Assembly: GCA_044450345.1 (NCBI GenBank)
Contig: JBIOIY010000008.1
Span: forward strand, 8,736 to 72,735
DNA: 64,000 nt
Reading direction: 5' to 3'
Source of the DNA: Thermodesulfovibrionales bacterium
GTDB taxonomy: Bacteria; Nitrospirota; Thermodesulfovibrionia; Thermodesulfovibrionales; UBA6898
Position numbers and translations under genes: made by a program. The notes beneath the pieces were generated by a model, which made no database searches, was not told the origin of the DNA, and saw only the letters and a list, made by a program, of their open reading frames with translations. Shown here one piece after another: positions 17,389 to 27,431 of the stretch (its first letter is position 1; every line of letters starts with the position of its first letter).

Positions 17389-18051
17389 ATGGGAAAAGAA
17401 GAGGACCTTAAAACACAGTTGTTTGAATCTATCATAGACTGGATAAGGACAAACCATGCCGAGGCCATAGACAAGGCCTATACGTATTTCTGGGACGAGC
17501 ATTCTCCGGATGAATTTCTGAAGGGCACCGCCCTGGCACTCGGATTCATCAATTTCGAGGACTGGCTCATCTTCGATTACAGGGTGAACGAGGAAAAGGA
17601 GACTTTTCTGGACATCTATCCCAGGGACAACAAAGACCTGAAGAAAGAAGAGCTTGCCCTGATCGGCACTATTAAAGGTTCTTTGCTGAGTCTCTACGAG
17701 GTACTCTCTGTTTCGAAGGACAAAAGGGTCCTCGTTAAAGACCTCCTGATGGGGGGTGAATTTTCCCTCCGGGACAAGGCCCTTGCCAAGGGACTCGAAA
17801 AGGGCCATATCTTCGCCACAAGACTCCTCACCCTCGATGGCAACAGTGTTATGAGCGGGTGCGTCTATCCGTACACCCCGGACAGGAAAAAGGCCGTCCT
17901 CGGTTTCGTAGACAAACAGTTCAAACGATATGTAAAAAATGTCGATCCGAAAGGTACGATGAAGGATTATCTTAGGGATTACGGGGACGTCTTCAATCTT
18001 ATCTGGCTGAATTTTATCCTCGAACACCGCGCCAAAGACAAACAATCATAA
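17389..18051 (+). CDS. Conserved hypothetical protein
   Basis: AAGGAG SD; FEDWLIFDY, SLLSLYEV, GHIFATRL. Confidence 0.75.
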   Translation: MGKEEDLKTQLFESIIDWIRTNHAEAIDKAYTYFWDEHSPDEFLKGTALALGFINFEDWLIFDYRVNEEKETFLDIYPRDNKDLKKEELALIGTIKGSLLSLYEVLSVSKDKRVLVKDLLMGGEFSLRDKALAKGLEKGHIFATRLLTLDGNSVMSGCVYPYTPDRKKAVLGFVDKQFKRYVKNVDPKGTMKDYLRDYGDVFNLIWLNFILEHRAKDKQS

Positions 18052-18079
18052 GGCAACAGCGGGACAACAGAAACGACAG

Positions 18080-18183
18080 GCCTGCCGGCAGGACCCCCCT
18101 TAGGATAACGCCCCCAGGCTCCCTGCCTGCCAAGCAGGCATGGCACCCCTCCCCCTCTTAAGATAAGAGGGGGTTAAGGGGAG
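18080..18183. repeat. Cluster of short palindromes between convergent genes
   Basis: CCTGCCGGCAGG; CCTGCCTGCCAAGCAGGCA; CCCCCTCTTAAGATAAGAGGGGG. Confidence 0.7.
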
Positions 18184-18233
18184 TTATGATTTCCGTAGAG
18201 GGGACAAAAAGGGGTGGCCTGTTCAGCCCATGG

Positions 18234-18425
18234 TTACTCTTCCACCATCTTTATGCATTCAACGGGGCAAGAATCAGCAGCCTCCTGGCAGTCGCAGGTC
18301 TCGCACCCCTTCGGGTTTATCACATACGCCTTGCCGTCCTCTTTTACCTTAAAGACATCCGGGCATAGGGCTTCGCAGGTACCGCATCCTTCGCACGCAT
18401 CGTAATCAACAACCGGTATCTTCAT
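18234..18425 (-). CDS. Ferredoxin (single-cluster type)
   Basis: CEGCGTCEALCP and EAADSCPVECI; GGAGG SD. Confidence 0.92.
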   Translation of the reverse strand: MKIPVVDYDACEGCGTCEALCPDVFKVKEDGKAYVINPKGCETCDCQEAADSCPVECIKMVEE

Positions 18426-18499
18426 CTCATATCCTCCGTTTCTATAATAGTCCTATTCCTATTCTATAACAATTTTCGGCCTGTCGCCACAACCCGGGA

Positions 18500-18611
18500 A
18501 TTTGGGTGGCGTCCTTATTTTGACGCTGCCCACATTTGGGAAGTGTCGTAAATTTTGACGCTGCCCACATTTGGATAGTGTCGTAAATTATGACACCACC
18601 CACATTTGGGA
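18500..18611. repeat. Tandem 34-35 bp palindromic repeat, 3 copies plus partial
   Basis: Units at 18500, 18534, 18569; e.g. ATTTGGGAAGTGTCGTAAATTTTGACGCTGCCCAC. Confidence 0.9.
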
Positions 18612-18642
18612 GAAGTATGCGCTTTTGTGATATAATGCCGCG

Positions 18643-19674
18643 ATGAATATCGGCAGACTTGTTAAAAAAGAGGTGTCCCGTCTCAGGGCATATAATGCGA
18701 AGGAGATACCCTGCAGGATAAAACTCGATGCAAATGAAAGCCCTTATGGCTTCAGCAGTGCGTTAAAGGCAGTAGGCGGACTCGAGACGAACAGGTATCC
18801 CGACCCCGAAGCCAGGATACTGAGAGGACTTCTTGCGAAAGACCTCGGCGTAAATAAAGATACGATTTTGCAGGGTAACGGCTCGGACGAACTGATCTAC
18901 TACCTCATCGCCACCTTCGGGGGACCGGTCCTCTATCCTGTGCCCACTTTTTCGATGTATGGAATTATCGCTCAGGCGCTCGGTGAAAAAAATATCGGGG
19001 TCCCCCTGGACAGGGATTTCGGTCTAGACCTGGAAAAGATGATGGCTGCGATCAAAAGAGACAGACCGAAACTTATATTCCTGAGCAGTCCCAACAACCC
19101 GACCGGCAACTGCTTTTCCGCGGAAAAAATATTGAACATTATCGAAAGATCGAAATGCATCGTCGTAGTCGACGAGGCGTATCAGCCTTTCGCCGGTAAA
19201 AAAGGCTTCCTCCCTCTTTTAAAGGACTACGAAAACCTCGTTATTATGAGGACGCTGAGCAAGATCGGCCTGGCCGCCCTGCGGACCGGCTTTCTTATTG
19301 CCGATCGGCGAATAGTAAAAGAGGTCAATAAGGTAAGGCTTCCGTTCAATGTCAATTCTCTCTCGCAGTCGGTGGCAATAGCAGCGCTGAAGCAGAAAAA
19401 ACAGCTGAACTCCTCCGTCAGGGCGATCATCGCCGAAAGAAAGAGGCTCTTTAGGGAGATGGATAAGATAAAAGGGATCAGGCCTTTTCCTTCCGAGGCG
19501 AACTTCATCCTGTTTTCCGTGAGGGACCCGGACAAGGTCTACGACTCACTTATTAAAAGGGGAATCCTCGTGAGGAATATAAAGGACGCGGTCGGCGGAT
19601 GCCTGAGGGTGACCGTCGGCAGGCCTGAAGAAAATACCGCCTTTTTAGTGGCTTTAAGGAAAATCGAACTATGA
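18643..19674 (+). CDS. hisC: Histidinol-phosphate aminotransferase
   Basis: LDANESP, GNGSDE, PNNPTG, DEAY, RTLSK. Confidence 0.95.
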   Translation: MNIGRLVKKEVSRLRAYNAKEIPCRIKLDANESPYGFSSALKAVGGLETNRYPDPEARILRGLLAKDLGVNKDTILQGNGSDELIYYLIATFGGPVLYPVPTFSMYGIIAQALGEKNIGVPLDRDFGLDLEKMMAAIKRDRPKLIFLSSPNNPTGNCFSAEKILNIIERSKCIVVVDEAYQPFAGKKGFLPLLKDYENLVIMRTLSKIGLAALRTGFLIADRRIVKEVNKVRLPFNVNSLSQSVAIAALKQKKQLNSSVRAIIAERKRLFREMDKIKGIRPFPSEANFILFSVRDPDKVYDSLIKRGILVRNIKDAVGGCLRVTVGRPEENTAFLVALRKIEL

Positions 19675-19702
19675 TATCCGCTGCTTTGGGAGGAGTGCTG
19701 AA

Positions 19703-20290
19703 ATGAGGAAGATCTCGGTTGAAAGAAAGACCAAAGAGACAGACATAAGGATAGAGATAAACCTGGACGGCACAGGCAGATACGCGATAGATACTTCTAT
19801 CCCCTTTCTCGACCATATGCTTTCTCTTATGTCCAAGCACGGCCTTATCGACCTGAAAATAAAGGCGAAGGGGGACATTGAGATCGACGACCATCACACG
19901 GTTGAAGACACGGGGATAGTCCTCGGCAAGGCACTGAAGCAGGCGCTGGGGGACATGAGAGGGATACGCCGTTACGGCCAGGCCGCGGTGCCGATGGACG
20001 AAGCTCTCGCCGCGGTAAACCTCGATATGAGCGGCAGGCCCTTTCTCGTCTACAAGGTAGAATTTCCGAAGAAGAGCAAACTCAAGGATTTCGATCCCGA
20101 CCTCGTCGAAGATTTTCTCCAGGCCTTCGTCAGCCACTCAGGGACCACGCTGCATGTATCGGTCCCTTACGGCAGGAATACCCATCACATAATCGAGGCG
20201 GTATTCAAGGCGCTCGGCAGGGCGTTGAGACAGGCGGTCGAGATCGACCCGCGTGTAAAAGGCGTGCCGTCGACAAAAGGAAAATTATAA
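19703..20290 (+). CDS. hisB: Imidazoleglycerol-phosphate dehydratase (monofunctional)
   Basis: [30 protein letters not shown]. Confidence 0.97.
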   Translation: MRKISVERKTKETDIRIEINLDGTGRYAIDTSIPFLDHMLSLMSKHGLIDLKIKAKGDIEIDDHHTVEDTGIVLGKALKQALGDMRGIRRYGQAAVPMDEALAAVNLDMSGRPFLVYKVEFPKKSKLKDFDPDLVEDFLQAFVSHSGTTLHVSVPYGRNTHHIIEAVFKALGRALRQAVEIDPRVKGVPSTKGKL

Positions 20291-20344
20291 CCCTGAGACA
20301 AGGCCTTTCCCGGCCTGCTGCGTCATTATTCTGAAAAACATGTC

Positions 20345-21007
20345 ATGTCAAAAGAACTCGTACCATTAGATGAGATCAAGTACGTCCTGCTCGACATGGA
20401 CGGAACTTTGCTCGACAAGTACTTCGACGACTATTTCTGGGAACACCTTCTTCCGGAGAGATATGCCGGGGAAAGAAACATCACCTTCGGCAGGGCGAAG
20501 GAAGAATTGCTCCTGAAATATAAGGCACACGAAGGCACCCTGAACTGGACGGACATAGACTTCTGGTCCCGGGTGGTTGATATAGACATCCCCGCCCTTA
20601 AAGAGCAGATCAAACATCTCATCGAGGTCCATCCCCATGTGGAGGAATTCCTGAAGATGCTGAAACGGCGCAAAAAGAAGGTCTTTCTCCTGACAAACGC
20701 CCATTATAAGGTCCTCGATATCAAACTGAAGAAGACCAGGATAGGAAGGTATTTTGACGCAACAGTGACGTCTTTTGAAATAGGCTATCCCAAGGAGATG
20801 CTGGAGTTTTGGAAAAAAGCCGAAAAGCGACTCGGCTTCGAGAAGGAGCAGTCCCTGTTCATCGACGACACCAAGGCAGTGCTGAGGGCGGCAAAAAAAT
20901 TCGGCATAAAATATATCCTTTATAAGTCGTTTTCGAGTTCGAGGCTGGAACCGGGCAATTCCGAGGAGTTCCCGTCACTTGACGATTTCCGGGAACTCAT
21001 GCCTTAG
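20345..21007 (+). CDS. HAD hydrolase (YrfG-like GMP/IMP nucleotidase)
   Basis: LLDMDGTLLD, LTNAH, GYPKE, LFIDD. Confidence 0.85.
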   Translation: MSKELVPLDEIKYVLLDMDGTLLDKYFDDYFWEHLLPERYAGERNITFGRAKEELLLKYKAHEGTLNWTDIDFWSRVVDIDIPALKEQIKHLIEVHPHVEEFLKMLKRRKKKVFLLTNAHYKVLDIKLKKTRIGRYFDATVTSFEIGYPKEMLEFWKKAEKRLGFEKEQSLFIDDTKAVLRAAKKFGIKYILYKSFSSSRLEPGNSEEFPSLDDFRELMP

Positions 21008-21035
21008 TCTGCAAAAAGAGCTATACTATATATGT

Positions 21036-21563
21036 ATGAAGAGCAGATTGAGAATGATACTCTTTTCCTTGGTCGCGGCCATAGCGCTTGCCGCAAGTTC
21101 CTGCGCCCTGGGCAACCGCCTGGATATGAAAACAGCCGCCGACAGCGACCTGACAGGAAGCTTTGACCTTATCCTGTATGGCTGTACCTATCACGACGAT
21201 TTTGAAACGGTCGCCATCCTTGCAAAGGAAGACGGGCCGTATGTCTTCGAGCCCTATGCCCCTGATTTTAATTACCGCGTAGTAAAGGGTGTCCCGGCAA
21301 AGGACGCCCTGGACCAGGCCCAAAAGTTTGTAGATTGCCACACCGCATACCACAGGGCCCAGTTGAGCAGACTTGTCGATGCAAAGGGGGATACGCTCGG
21401 GTTCGAGGTCAGGCCCCTCTATCATCCTTTTGTCTTCGGCGTTGACGACGCCCTTGACACGGATTACAGGATCAAGGACGGCAAAGTAGTTGTAAAGATA
21501 AGGCTTTTGCCTTCTATAGAAAATATGCTCAGCGGCGGGGGTAGCGGGCGAGACAAGGACTAA
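21036..21563 (+). CDS. Hypothetical lipoprotein
   Basis: MKSRLRMILFSLVAAIALAASSC lipobox-like signal. Confidence 0.75.
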   Translation: MKSRLRMILFSLVAAIALAASSCALGNRLDMKTAADSDLTGSFDLILYGCTYHDDFETVAILAKEDGPYVFEPYAPDFNYRVVKGVPAKDALDQAQKFVDCHTAYHRAQLSRLVDAKGDTLGFEVRPLYHPFVFGVDDALDTDYRIKDGKVVVKIRLLPSIENMLSGGGSGRDKD

Positions 21564-21628
21564 GAGAACCTTCCGCACGATGTCCCGGGTCCGGCGTGTA
21601 GACAGGGAAGGTTTACATCTGGTATTTT

Positions 21629-21955
21629 ATGAAAATGGAATGGGGAAAGACCCTATTTGATGATGATACCCATGGAGAAGAATCCGAGGAAAAAACAAAA
21701 AGAGATTCTTCACAAATTTACAGGGAGGTCCGGCCATTGGACAGACTGAAAAATCTTGAGGAAAAAATCACCGCCGCAGTGGAACGTGTAAAGGCGCTGA
21801 AGGAAGAGAAGACGAACCTCGAAAGAAAGATAAAGAAACTCGAAGCGCTCCTGGACGAAAAGAACCAGGAGGTAGAGTCGTTGAAATCGGAAAAAAGCTC
21901 TATCGGCAGCCAAATTGAAGAGCTCTTAAACGAACTCGAAACAACAGAGATCTGA
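21629..21955 (+). CDS. Coiled-coil ZapB-like cell division protein (start may be 21635)
   Basis: Heptad coiled coil; immediately upstream of zapA. Confidence 0.7.
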   Translation: MKMEWGKTLFDDDTHGEESEEKTKRDSSQIYREVRPLDRLKNLEEKITAAVERVKALKEEKTNLERKIKKLEALLDEKNQEVESLKSEKSSIGSQIEELLNELETTEI

Positions 21956-21962
21956 GGCAGAT

Positions 21963-22229
21963 ATGGGGAGCATCGAGGTCACCATCCTGGGCCAGAAATA
22001 TACGATAAAGGGAGACGCGCCGGAAGACTATATAAAAGGGCTGGCCTCCTTCGTCGATGAGAAGCTTAAAGAGGTCTATAATGCCTCGCCGGGTATATCA
22101 CCCTTAAAGGCCGCAATACTGGCGTCCCTGAACATCGCCGACGAACTGCATAAATTCAAAGAAGCCCAGGAAAGCATAACCAAGAACATAGAAGAAAGGA
22201 CCAACGCCCTCACCGGCCTCTTCGATTAG
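21963..22229 (+). CDS. zapA: Cell division protein ZapA
   Basis: VTILGQKYTIK, LASFVD, AILASLNIADEL. Confidence 0.92.
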   Translation: MGSIEVTILGQKYTIKGDAPEDYIKGLASFVDEKLKEVYNASPGISPLKAAILASLNIADELHKFKEAQESITKNIEERTNALTGLFD

Positions 22230-23131
22230 GAGTGCGCTCCGGTCCTATCTCCCCTCTCGTTACGGCACTCGTCCGGAGACCGCATGTCTTTCTTATTCTC
22301 CTTATTTTCCAGTTTTCTGTCCTGTAATACCTTTTCGACGTTTTCGATCTTTAGGTTTCCGTGTTCAACGAGCTCATGACAGAAGAAGCAGGATATCTGC
22401 TTTTTTGTGACGTGCTGCAGGTGAATGAATTCGACGTCCTTGAATTTTTCAGTCCGGTCGACATGGCAGAAGAAACACCTCTCTTTCGGAACAGTCCCTT
22501 CACCTAGCCTGACCGATGTATGGCAGCTGATGCACAAATAACCCTTTTCGAGCGGTCTGGTGTGTTTAAAGGGAACCCCTTTGTATTGGACGGTCGCCTT
22601 CGGTTCGTTGTGGCAGACGGTGCATCGTTTTTTGTGTTCGGTAGTGTCTCTGACGTTCAGATGGCAGAGGAAACAGACGTTCATCGAGACCTTCATATGC
22701 TCACCCTGGACAATGTCGGAGTGGCAGCTGCGACAGTGCAGGTTTATTCCCCTTCGGTGCTGCGTGAAATGGGGTTTGTGATCGAAGACGATCTTCCACC
22801 GTGTAAAAATCACCTTGGATTCTATCAATCTCATCTGATGGCACCCTGCCTGGAGGCACTTTGAATCGGGCACATTCGTAAGCGGCCTGGGGTTATAGGT
22901 ACCCGCCATAAATCGGAGCTGTCCCGAGATTGCGTTCAGGGGGCCGTATTCGTGACATCGCAGACATGGCACCATCTTGTGAGTCGACCTTTCCCATTTA
23001 TTGTAATAGGGAGAGATGAAATGGCAATATTTACAGATTGCCGGCTGGGCGATCATCACTTCCTTAACGAAGAAATACGTTATGAGGGAGAAGATGAGCA
23101 GGACACTCAAAAATATAACGGTGATTTTCAT
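22226..23131 (-). CDS. Membrane-anchored multiheme cytochrome c (NapC/NirT-like N-terminus)
   Basis: 8 CxxCH motifs plus one CLQAGCH (CX4CH); N-terminal TM helix; start at MKITVIF. Confidence 0.88.
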   Translation of the reverse strand: MKITVIFLSVLLIFSLITYFFVKEVMIAQPAICKYCHFISPYYNKWERSTHKMVPCLRCHEYGPLNAISGQLRFMAGTYNPRPLTNVPDSKCLQAGCHQMRLIESKVIFTRWKIVFDHKPHFTQHRRGINLHCRSCHSDIVQGEHMKVSMNVCFLCHLNVRDTTEHKKRCTVCHNEPKATVQYKGVPFKHTRPLEKGYLCISCHTSVRLGEGTVPKERCFFCHVDRTEKFKDVEFIHLQHVTKKQISCFFCHELVEHGNLKIENVEKVLQDRKLENKENKKDMRSPDECRNERGDRTGAHS

Positions 23132-23264
23132 CGCTGGCGACCTTTTCCGGTCATCGATTATAATACATGATCGTCCGTGATTTTTGAATTCACAAATAAT
23201 AAACAGGTACTTCACTGGAAAAATTATTAAAAATCAAATGGTTGATTTTTTCTTTTTTTTTATC

Positions 23265-23319
23265 TTGACATGCACAATATGTTGTGGTTTAATTCTTTAA
23301 ACTATACAAATTGTTGTAA
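23265..23319 (+). promoter_or_regulatory. nrdJ promoter with tandem NrdR boxes
   Basis: TTGACA-N17-TTTAAT; GCACAATATGTTGTGG (23272) and ATACAAATTGTTGTAA (23304), 32 bp apart. Confidence 0.8.
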
Positions 23320-23373
23320 ACCACCCATTTTAAAAAATGACAATAAAAACTATCAGAGATCGGGGGACAAGAC

Positions 23374-25611
23374 ATGAATGCTTCTTTTTCTTCTAAAATC
23401 AACCTCACGTCCAACTCGCTAAAGGTCCTCGAAAAGAGGTACCTGAAAAAGAACGAGGAGGGAAAAGTTATCGAGACCGCAGAAGAGCTCTTCAGGCGTA
23501 TCGCCAGAACGATTGCCTCTGCAGATTTGAAATACGGGAAATCAGAGGACGACGTTGCGCTCCTTGAGGAAGAGTTCTATGCCATGGTCACATCCCTCGA
23601 CTTTCTTCCCAACAGCCCAACGCTTATGAACGCAGGAAGGAGACTCGGCCAGCTCTCGGCATGCTTTGTCCTGCCGGTTGAGGACTCTATGGAGTCAATC
23701 TTCGACGCGGTGAAAAACACGGCGATAATTCATAAGTCCGGAGGAGGTACAGGGTTCAGCTTTTCCAATCTGAGGCCGAGCGGCGACATCGTAGGGTCCA
23801 CAAAGGGCATATCCTCAGGACCTATCTCCTTCATGACGGTCTTCGATACTGCGACAGAGGCGGTGAAGCAGGGCGGCACGAGACGCGGGGCCAATATGGG
23901 GATACTGCGTGTAGACCACCCCGACATCCTTAATTTCATTACGGCAAAGGACAATAACGCACGCTTCAATAACTTCAACATCTCGGTCGCTGTCACCGAT
24001 GAATTCATGCGGGCAGTGAAAGAGGACTCTGAATACGACCTCATAAACCCGAGGACGAAGAAGGTGGTGCGGAGCCTGAGGGCAAAGGAGGTCTTCGACC
24101 AGATCATAACCCACGCATGGAAGAACGGGGAGCCCGGCATTGTCTTCATCGACAGGATCAACAAGTCGAACCCCACGCCGAAGATCGGCCGGATCGAGTC
24201 GACTAATCCCTGCGGGGAGCAGCCGCTTCTGCCGTTCGAGTCCTGCAATCTGGGATCGATAAACCTCGCAATGATGGTCAAAGACAGCACTGTCGACTAC
24301 CAGAAGATGAAGAGGATCGTATGGAAGGCGGTCCATTTCCTCGATAACGTCATAGACGTAAACAAATATCCGCTTAAGAAAATAGACGAGGTCACCAAAT
24401 CGAACCGGAAAATAGGCCTGGGCGTAATGGGGTGGGCCGACATGCTCATCCAGATGAATATCCCCTATAACTCCGACGAAGCGATACGCCTCGCCGAAGA
24501 GGTAATGGGTTTCATCCAGAGGGAAGGCAAAACCGCGTCGGCCGCACTCGCCGAAGAGAGGGGGGTCTTCCCGAACTATGAAGGCAGTATATTCGACGGG
24601 AAGATGCGTTTAAGAAACGCAACCGTAACGACGATAGCGCCTACGGGAACGCTCTCGATTATCGCTGCCTGCTCCTCAGGCGTAGAGCCGCTCTTTGCCG
24701 TCTCGTATGTACGGAACGTAATGGAGGGAACAAAACTTATCGAGGTCAACCCTTATTTCGAAAAGATCGCGAAAGAGCGCGGCTTCTGGTCGAGAGATCT
24801 CATGGAGAGGATCGCTGACAGGGGCTCCCTCCACGACTTCTCCGAGATACCCGAAGACGTAAAGGCCGTCTTCGTTACCGCCCATGACATTACACCGATG
24901 GAGCATATTGCCATGCAGGCCGCCTTCCAGAGGTATGTCGACAACGCGGTCTCGAAGACTGTCAACTTCTCCCATGACGCCTCACCCAAAGACGTGGAGG
25001 ACGCATACATGCTCGCCTATAAGCTCGATTGCAAGGGCGTCACTGTCTACCGGGACGGTTCGAGGGAAGAGCAGGTGCTCTCCACAGGCAAGACCAAGAA
25101 AGATGAGGCGGAGCCCGCACGGTCCGACCGGATGAAGATCGTGCCGAGGAAAAGGCCCGAAAACATCAAGGGCGAAACAAGGGGGATGAAGACCGGCTGC
25201 GGCAACATATACGTAACTGTGAACGAGGACGAGAACGGCCAGGTCTTCGAGCTCTTCACCCATATGGGCAAGGCAGGGGGATGCGCCGCAAGCCAGGCAG
25301 AGGCTATCGGCAGGCTCGTAAGCCTCGCACTCCGCTCCAATATAGAGCCCGAGGTAATAATCAGCCAGCTCAAGGGCATCACCTGCCATGAGCAGACATG
25401 GACAAACGGCGGCAAGATCACTTCCTGTTCGGACGCGATCGCAAAGGCCCTCGAAAAATATCTCGAGAGGGGCGAAAAAGGAAACGGCCATGGCGGAAAC
25501 GGCCATGGCGAGGTAATGCGCATAGGGCAGTGTCCCGAATGCGGCGGAGCGGTCGAGCACGAAGGAGGGTGCGCGGTCTGCCGTAGCTGTGGATTTACGA
25601 AATGCGGATGA
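23374..25611 (+). CDS. nrdJ: Class II (B12-dependent) ribonucleotide reductase
   Basis: PNSPTLMN, SACF, TNPCGEQ, SCNLGS, TIAPTG; C-terminal TSCPD-like domain and zinc ribbon. Confidence 0.95.
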   Translation: MNASFSSKINLTSNSLKVLEKRYLKKNEEGKVIETAEELFRRIARTIASADLKYGKSEDDVALLEEEFYAMVTSLDFLPNSPTLMNAGRRLGQLSACFVLPVEDSMESIFDAVKNTAIIHKSGGGTGFSFSNLRPSGDIVGSTKGISSGPISFMTVFDTATEAVKQGGTRRGANMGILRVDHPDILNFITAKDNNARFNNFNISVAVTDEFMRAVKEDSEYDLINPRTKKVVRSLRAKEVFDQIITHAWKNGEPGIVFIDRINKSNPTPKIGRIESTNPCGEQPLLPFESCNLGSINLAMMVKDSTVDYQKMKRIVWKAVHFLDNVIDVNKYPLKKIDEVTKSNRKIGLGVMGWADMLIQMNIPYNSDEAIRLAEEVMGFIQREGKTASAALAEERGVFPNYEGSIFDGKMRLRNATVTTIAPTGTLSIIAACSSGVEPLFAVSYVRNVMEGTKLIEVNPYFEKIAKERGFWSRDLMERIADRGSLHDFSEIPEDVKAVFVTAHDITPMEHIAMQAAFQRYVDNAVSKTVNFSHDASPKDVEDAYMLAYKLDCKGVTVYRDGSREEQVLSTGKTKKDEAEPARSDRMKIVPRKRPENIKGETRGMKTGCGNIYVTVNEDENGQVFELFTHMGKAGGCAASQAEAIGRLVSLALRSNIEPEVIISQLKGITCHEQTWTNGGKITSCSDAIAKALEKYLERGEKGNGHGGNGHGEVMRIGQCPECGGAVEHEGGCAVCRSCGFTKCG

Positions 25612-25859
25612 GAAGGTAACGCATGAAGTCTTATACCCATGCGTGCATCTTTATTATCAGAAGGCTTCCGCTCATTTCAATTACAAGATAATCGGGAGTG
25701 CGGTTGATCATTTACGACCACAAGGCCGCCGCCCATTCCAGGTATAGGGTCTCCCGGTACGCAGAAGACCGGGGCGAAAAGACCGTCGGGCCCGCCGCAG
25801 AAAAAAAATAGCGACAATCAAGAAGCACGTGAGAAGCTACACGCGTATCTCGATCCTGA

Positions 25860-26150
25860 ATGAAGGGTAATGGGTTGACTAGAAAAATTCCGGAAGAATT
25901 TAAAGGGAAGGAACTTGCCCCTCTCTGTCTGGCCTCAACACCGCATGAGGCCGAAGAGATAGAGAAGGCGCTCAATAAGGCGGGCATGGATTACACCTTC
26001 GATATTACGCCTCTTCCCCAGGAAGGCGTTTTCAACATGCTTTTCGGCAGTCCCAAAGAAGGGGTCATGTTCCTCGTGCCGACTGAAAACTTCGAATCAT
26101 GCGTCACACTGTTGGCCGAGGCAGGACTATCACATCTCATTATCGAATAA
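25860..26150 (+). CDS. Hypothetical protein (DUF2007-like)
   Basis: EAEEIEKALNKAGMDY...GVMFLVP pattern. Confidence 0.6.
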   Translation: MKGNGLTRKIPEEFKGKELAPLCLASTPHEAEEIEKALNKAGMDYTFDITPLPQEGVFNMLFGSPKEGVMFLVPTENFESCVTLLAEAGLSHLIIE

Positions 26151-26234
26151 GGAACACTATGAACCACACACAGTTTATTTTTAATGCATGAAAAATAGTG
26201 CAAAAAAATCTTCTCTTGCCGCCGATATCTCTTA

Positions 26235-27407
26235 ATGCGAAAGTTCGACCTCAAGGTCCTTATCCTCCTCTCCCTCGGGCATCTCTCTACAGACATCTAT
26301 CAGGGGGCATTGCCGGCAATACTGCCTTTCCTGAAGGCAAAGCTCTCGCTGTCATATGCGATGGCCGGCCTTGTCATGCTCGCCTCTAACTTCACCTCTT
26401 CGGTCATTCAGCCGCTCTTCGGGTATATTTCCGATAAAGAGGAAAGGCCCCTCTTGCTTCCCCTTGGCTGCCTCGTCGCGGGTATCGGGTTTTCACTTCT
26501 CTCATTCTCTTCCAGCTATATCATTGTTCTGGCACTTGTGGTGATCAGCGGCCTCGGCGTAGCCTCTTACCACCCCGAGGGGTTCAAGACCGCTTACTAT
26601 TTCACGGGACAGAGGGCTGCCACAGGGATGTCTGTCTTTTCTGTGGGCGGTAACCTGGGGTTCGCCCTCGGCCCTGTCTTTTCCATATACCTCATCACCC
26701 ATTTCGGGTTGTCCTCTCTTCCTGCGATGATTACCCCTTCGCTTTTCTTCCTGACTGCAGTCATTTTTTTCTGGAAGACCCTCGCAATCCCGAAGACGGA
26801 GAGAGGCCCCAGGAGAGAGGAAAAACAAGGGATCACGAAGGGCGCGACCGTCTCTTTGGTGTTTCTCATCCTGACCGTCGTCATAAGGTCATGGACACAT
26901 GCCGGCCTTACCACGTACATCCCTTTTTATTATATAGACTATCTCAAGGGCGACCCTATTTATGCCGGAAAACTCGTTTCCGTATTTCTCCTCGGAGGAG
27001 TTGCAGGGACCTTGCTGGGCTCCCCTTTAGCGGACAGGTGGGGACACAAGCGGTATCTCGTCTTTTCACTTGCGTGCACCTCACTCCTGTTGCCTCTCAT
27101 CTTTTCCGTAAGGGGGTATCTGCTGTTCCTTGTCCTCGGGACAATCGGGATGGTCCTCATTTCTTCCTTTACCGTCACGATAGTTATGGCGCAGAAACTC
27201 CTGCCGGGCAATCTTGGGATCGCATCCGGGCTGATGGTCGGTTTTGCGATCGGCACGGGAGGAGTAGGGGTAACGATACTCGGGGTTTTCGCCGACCACT
27301 ACGGGGTCCCGGCCGCGCTGAAATCGATAACAATCCTGCCCTTTATCGGCCTCGCCATAAGCATTCTTCTCAAATATCCCCAGGGCAAACAGGTGAGTAG
27401 TAAATAG
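26235..27407 (+). CDS. MFS transporter (Fsr-like)
   Basis: About 12 TM segments; QPLFGYISD, YHPEG, GGNLGFALGP. Confidence 0.9.
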   Translation: MRKFDLKVLILLSLGHLSTDIYQGALPAILPFLKAKLSLSYAMAGLVMLASNFTSSVIQPLFGYISDKEERPLLLPLGCLVAGIGFSLLSFSSSYIIVLALVVISGLGVASYHPEGFKTAYYFTGQRAATGMSVFSVGGNLGFALGPVFSIYLITHFGLSSLPAMITPSLFFLTAVIFFWKTLAIPKTERGPRREEKQGITKGATVSLVFLILTVVIRSWTHAGLTTYIPFYYIDYLKGDPIYAGKLVSVFLLGGVAGTLLGSPLADRWGHKRYLVFSLACTSLLLPLIFSVRGYLLFLVLGTIGMVLISSFTVTIVMAQKLLPGNLGIASGLMVGFAIGTGGVGVTILGVFADHYGVPAALKSITILPFIGLAISILLKYPQGKQVSSK

Positions 27408-27423
27408 TAAGTAGTGAATGGTA
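27394..27423 (+). repeat. Degenerate heptamer tandem repeat
   Basis: TGAGTAG TAAATAG TAAGTAG TGAATGG across the MFS stop codon. Confidence 0.6.
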
Positions 27424-27431
27424 AAAGTGGA

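Noticed and set aside
17353..18045. 230-aa minus-strand ORF
   Set aside because: Antisense to the better-supported plus-strand gene with a clear SD.
18500..18611. CRISPR array
   Set aside because: Units are head-to-tail with no unique spacers, and no cas genes are nearby.
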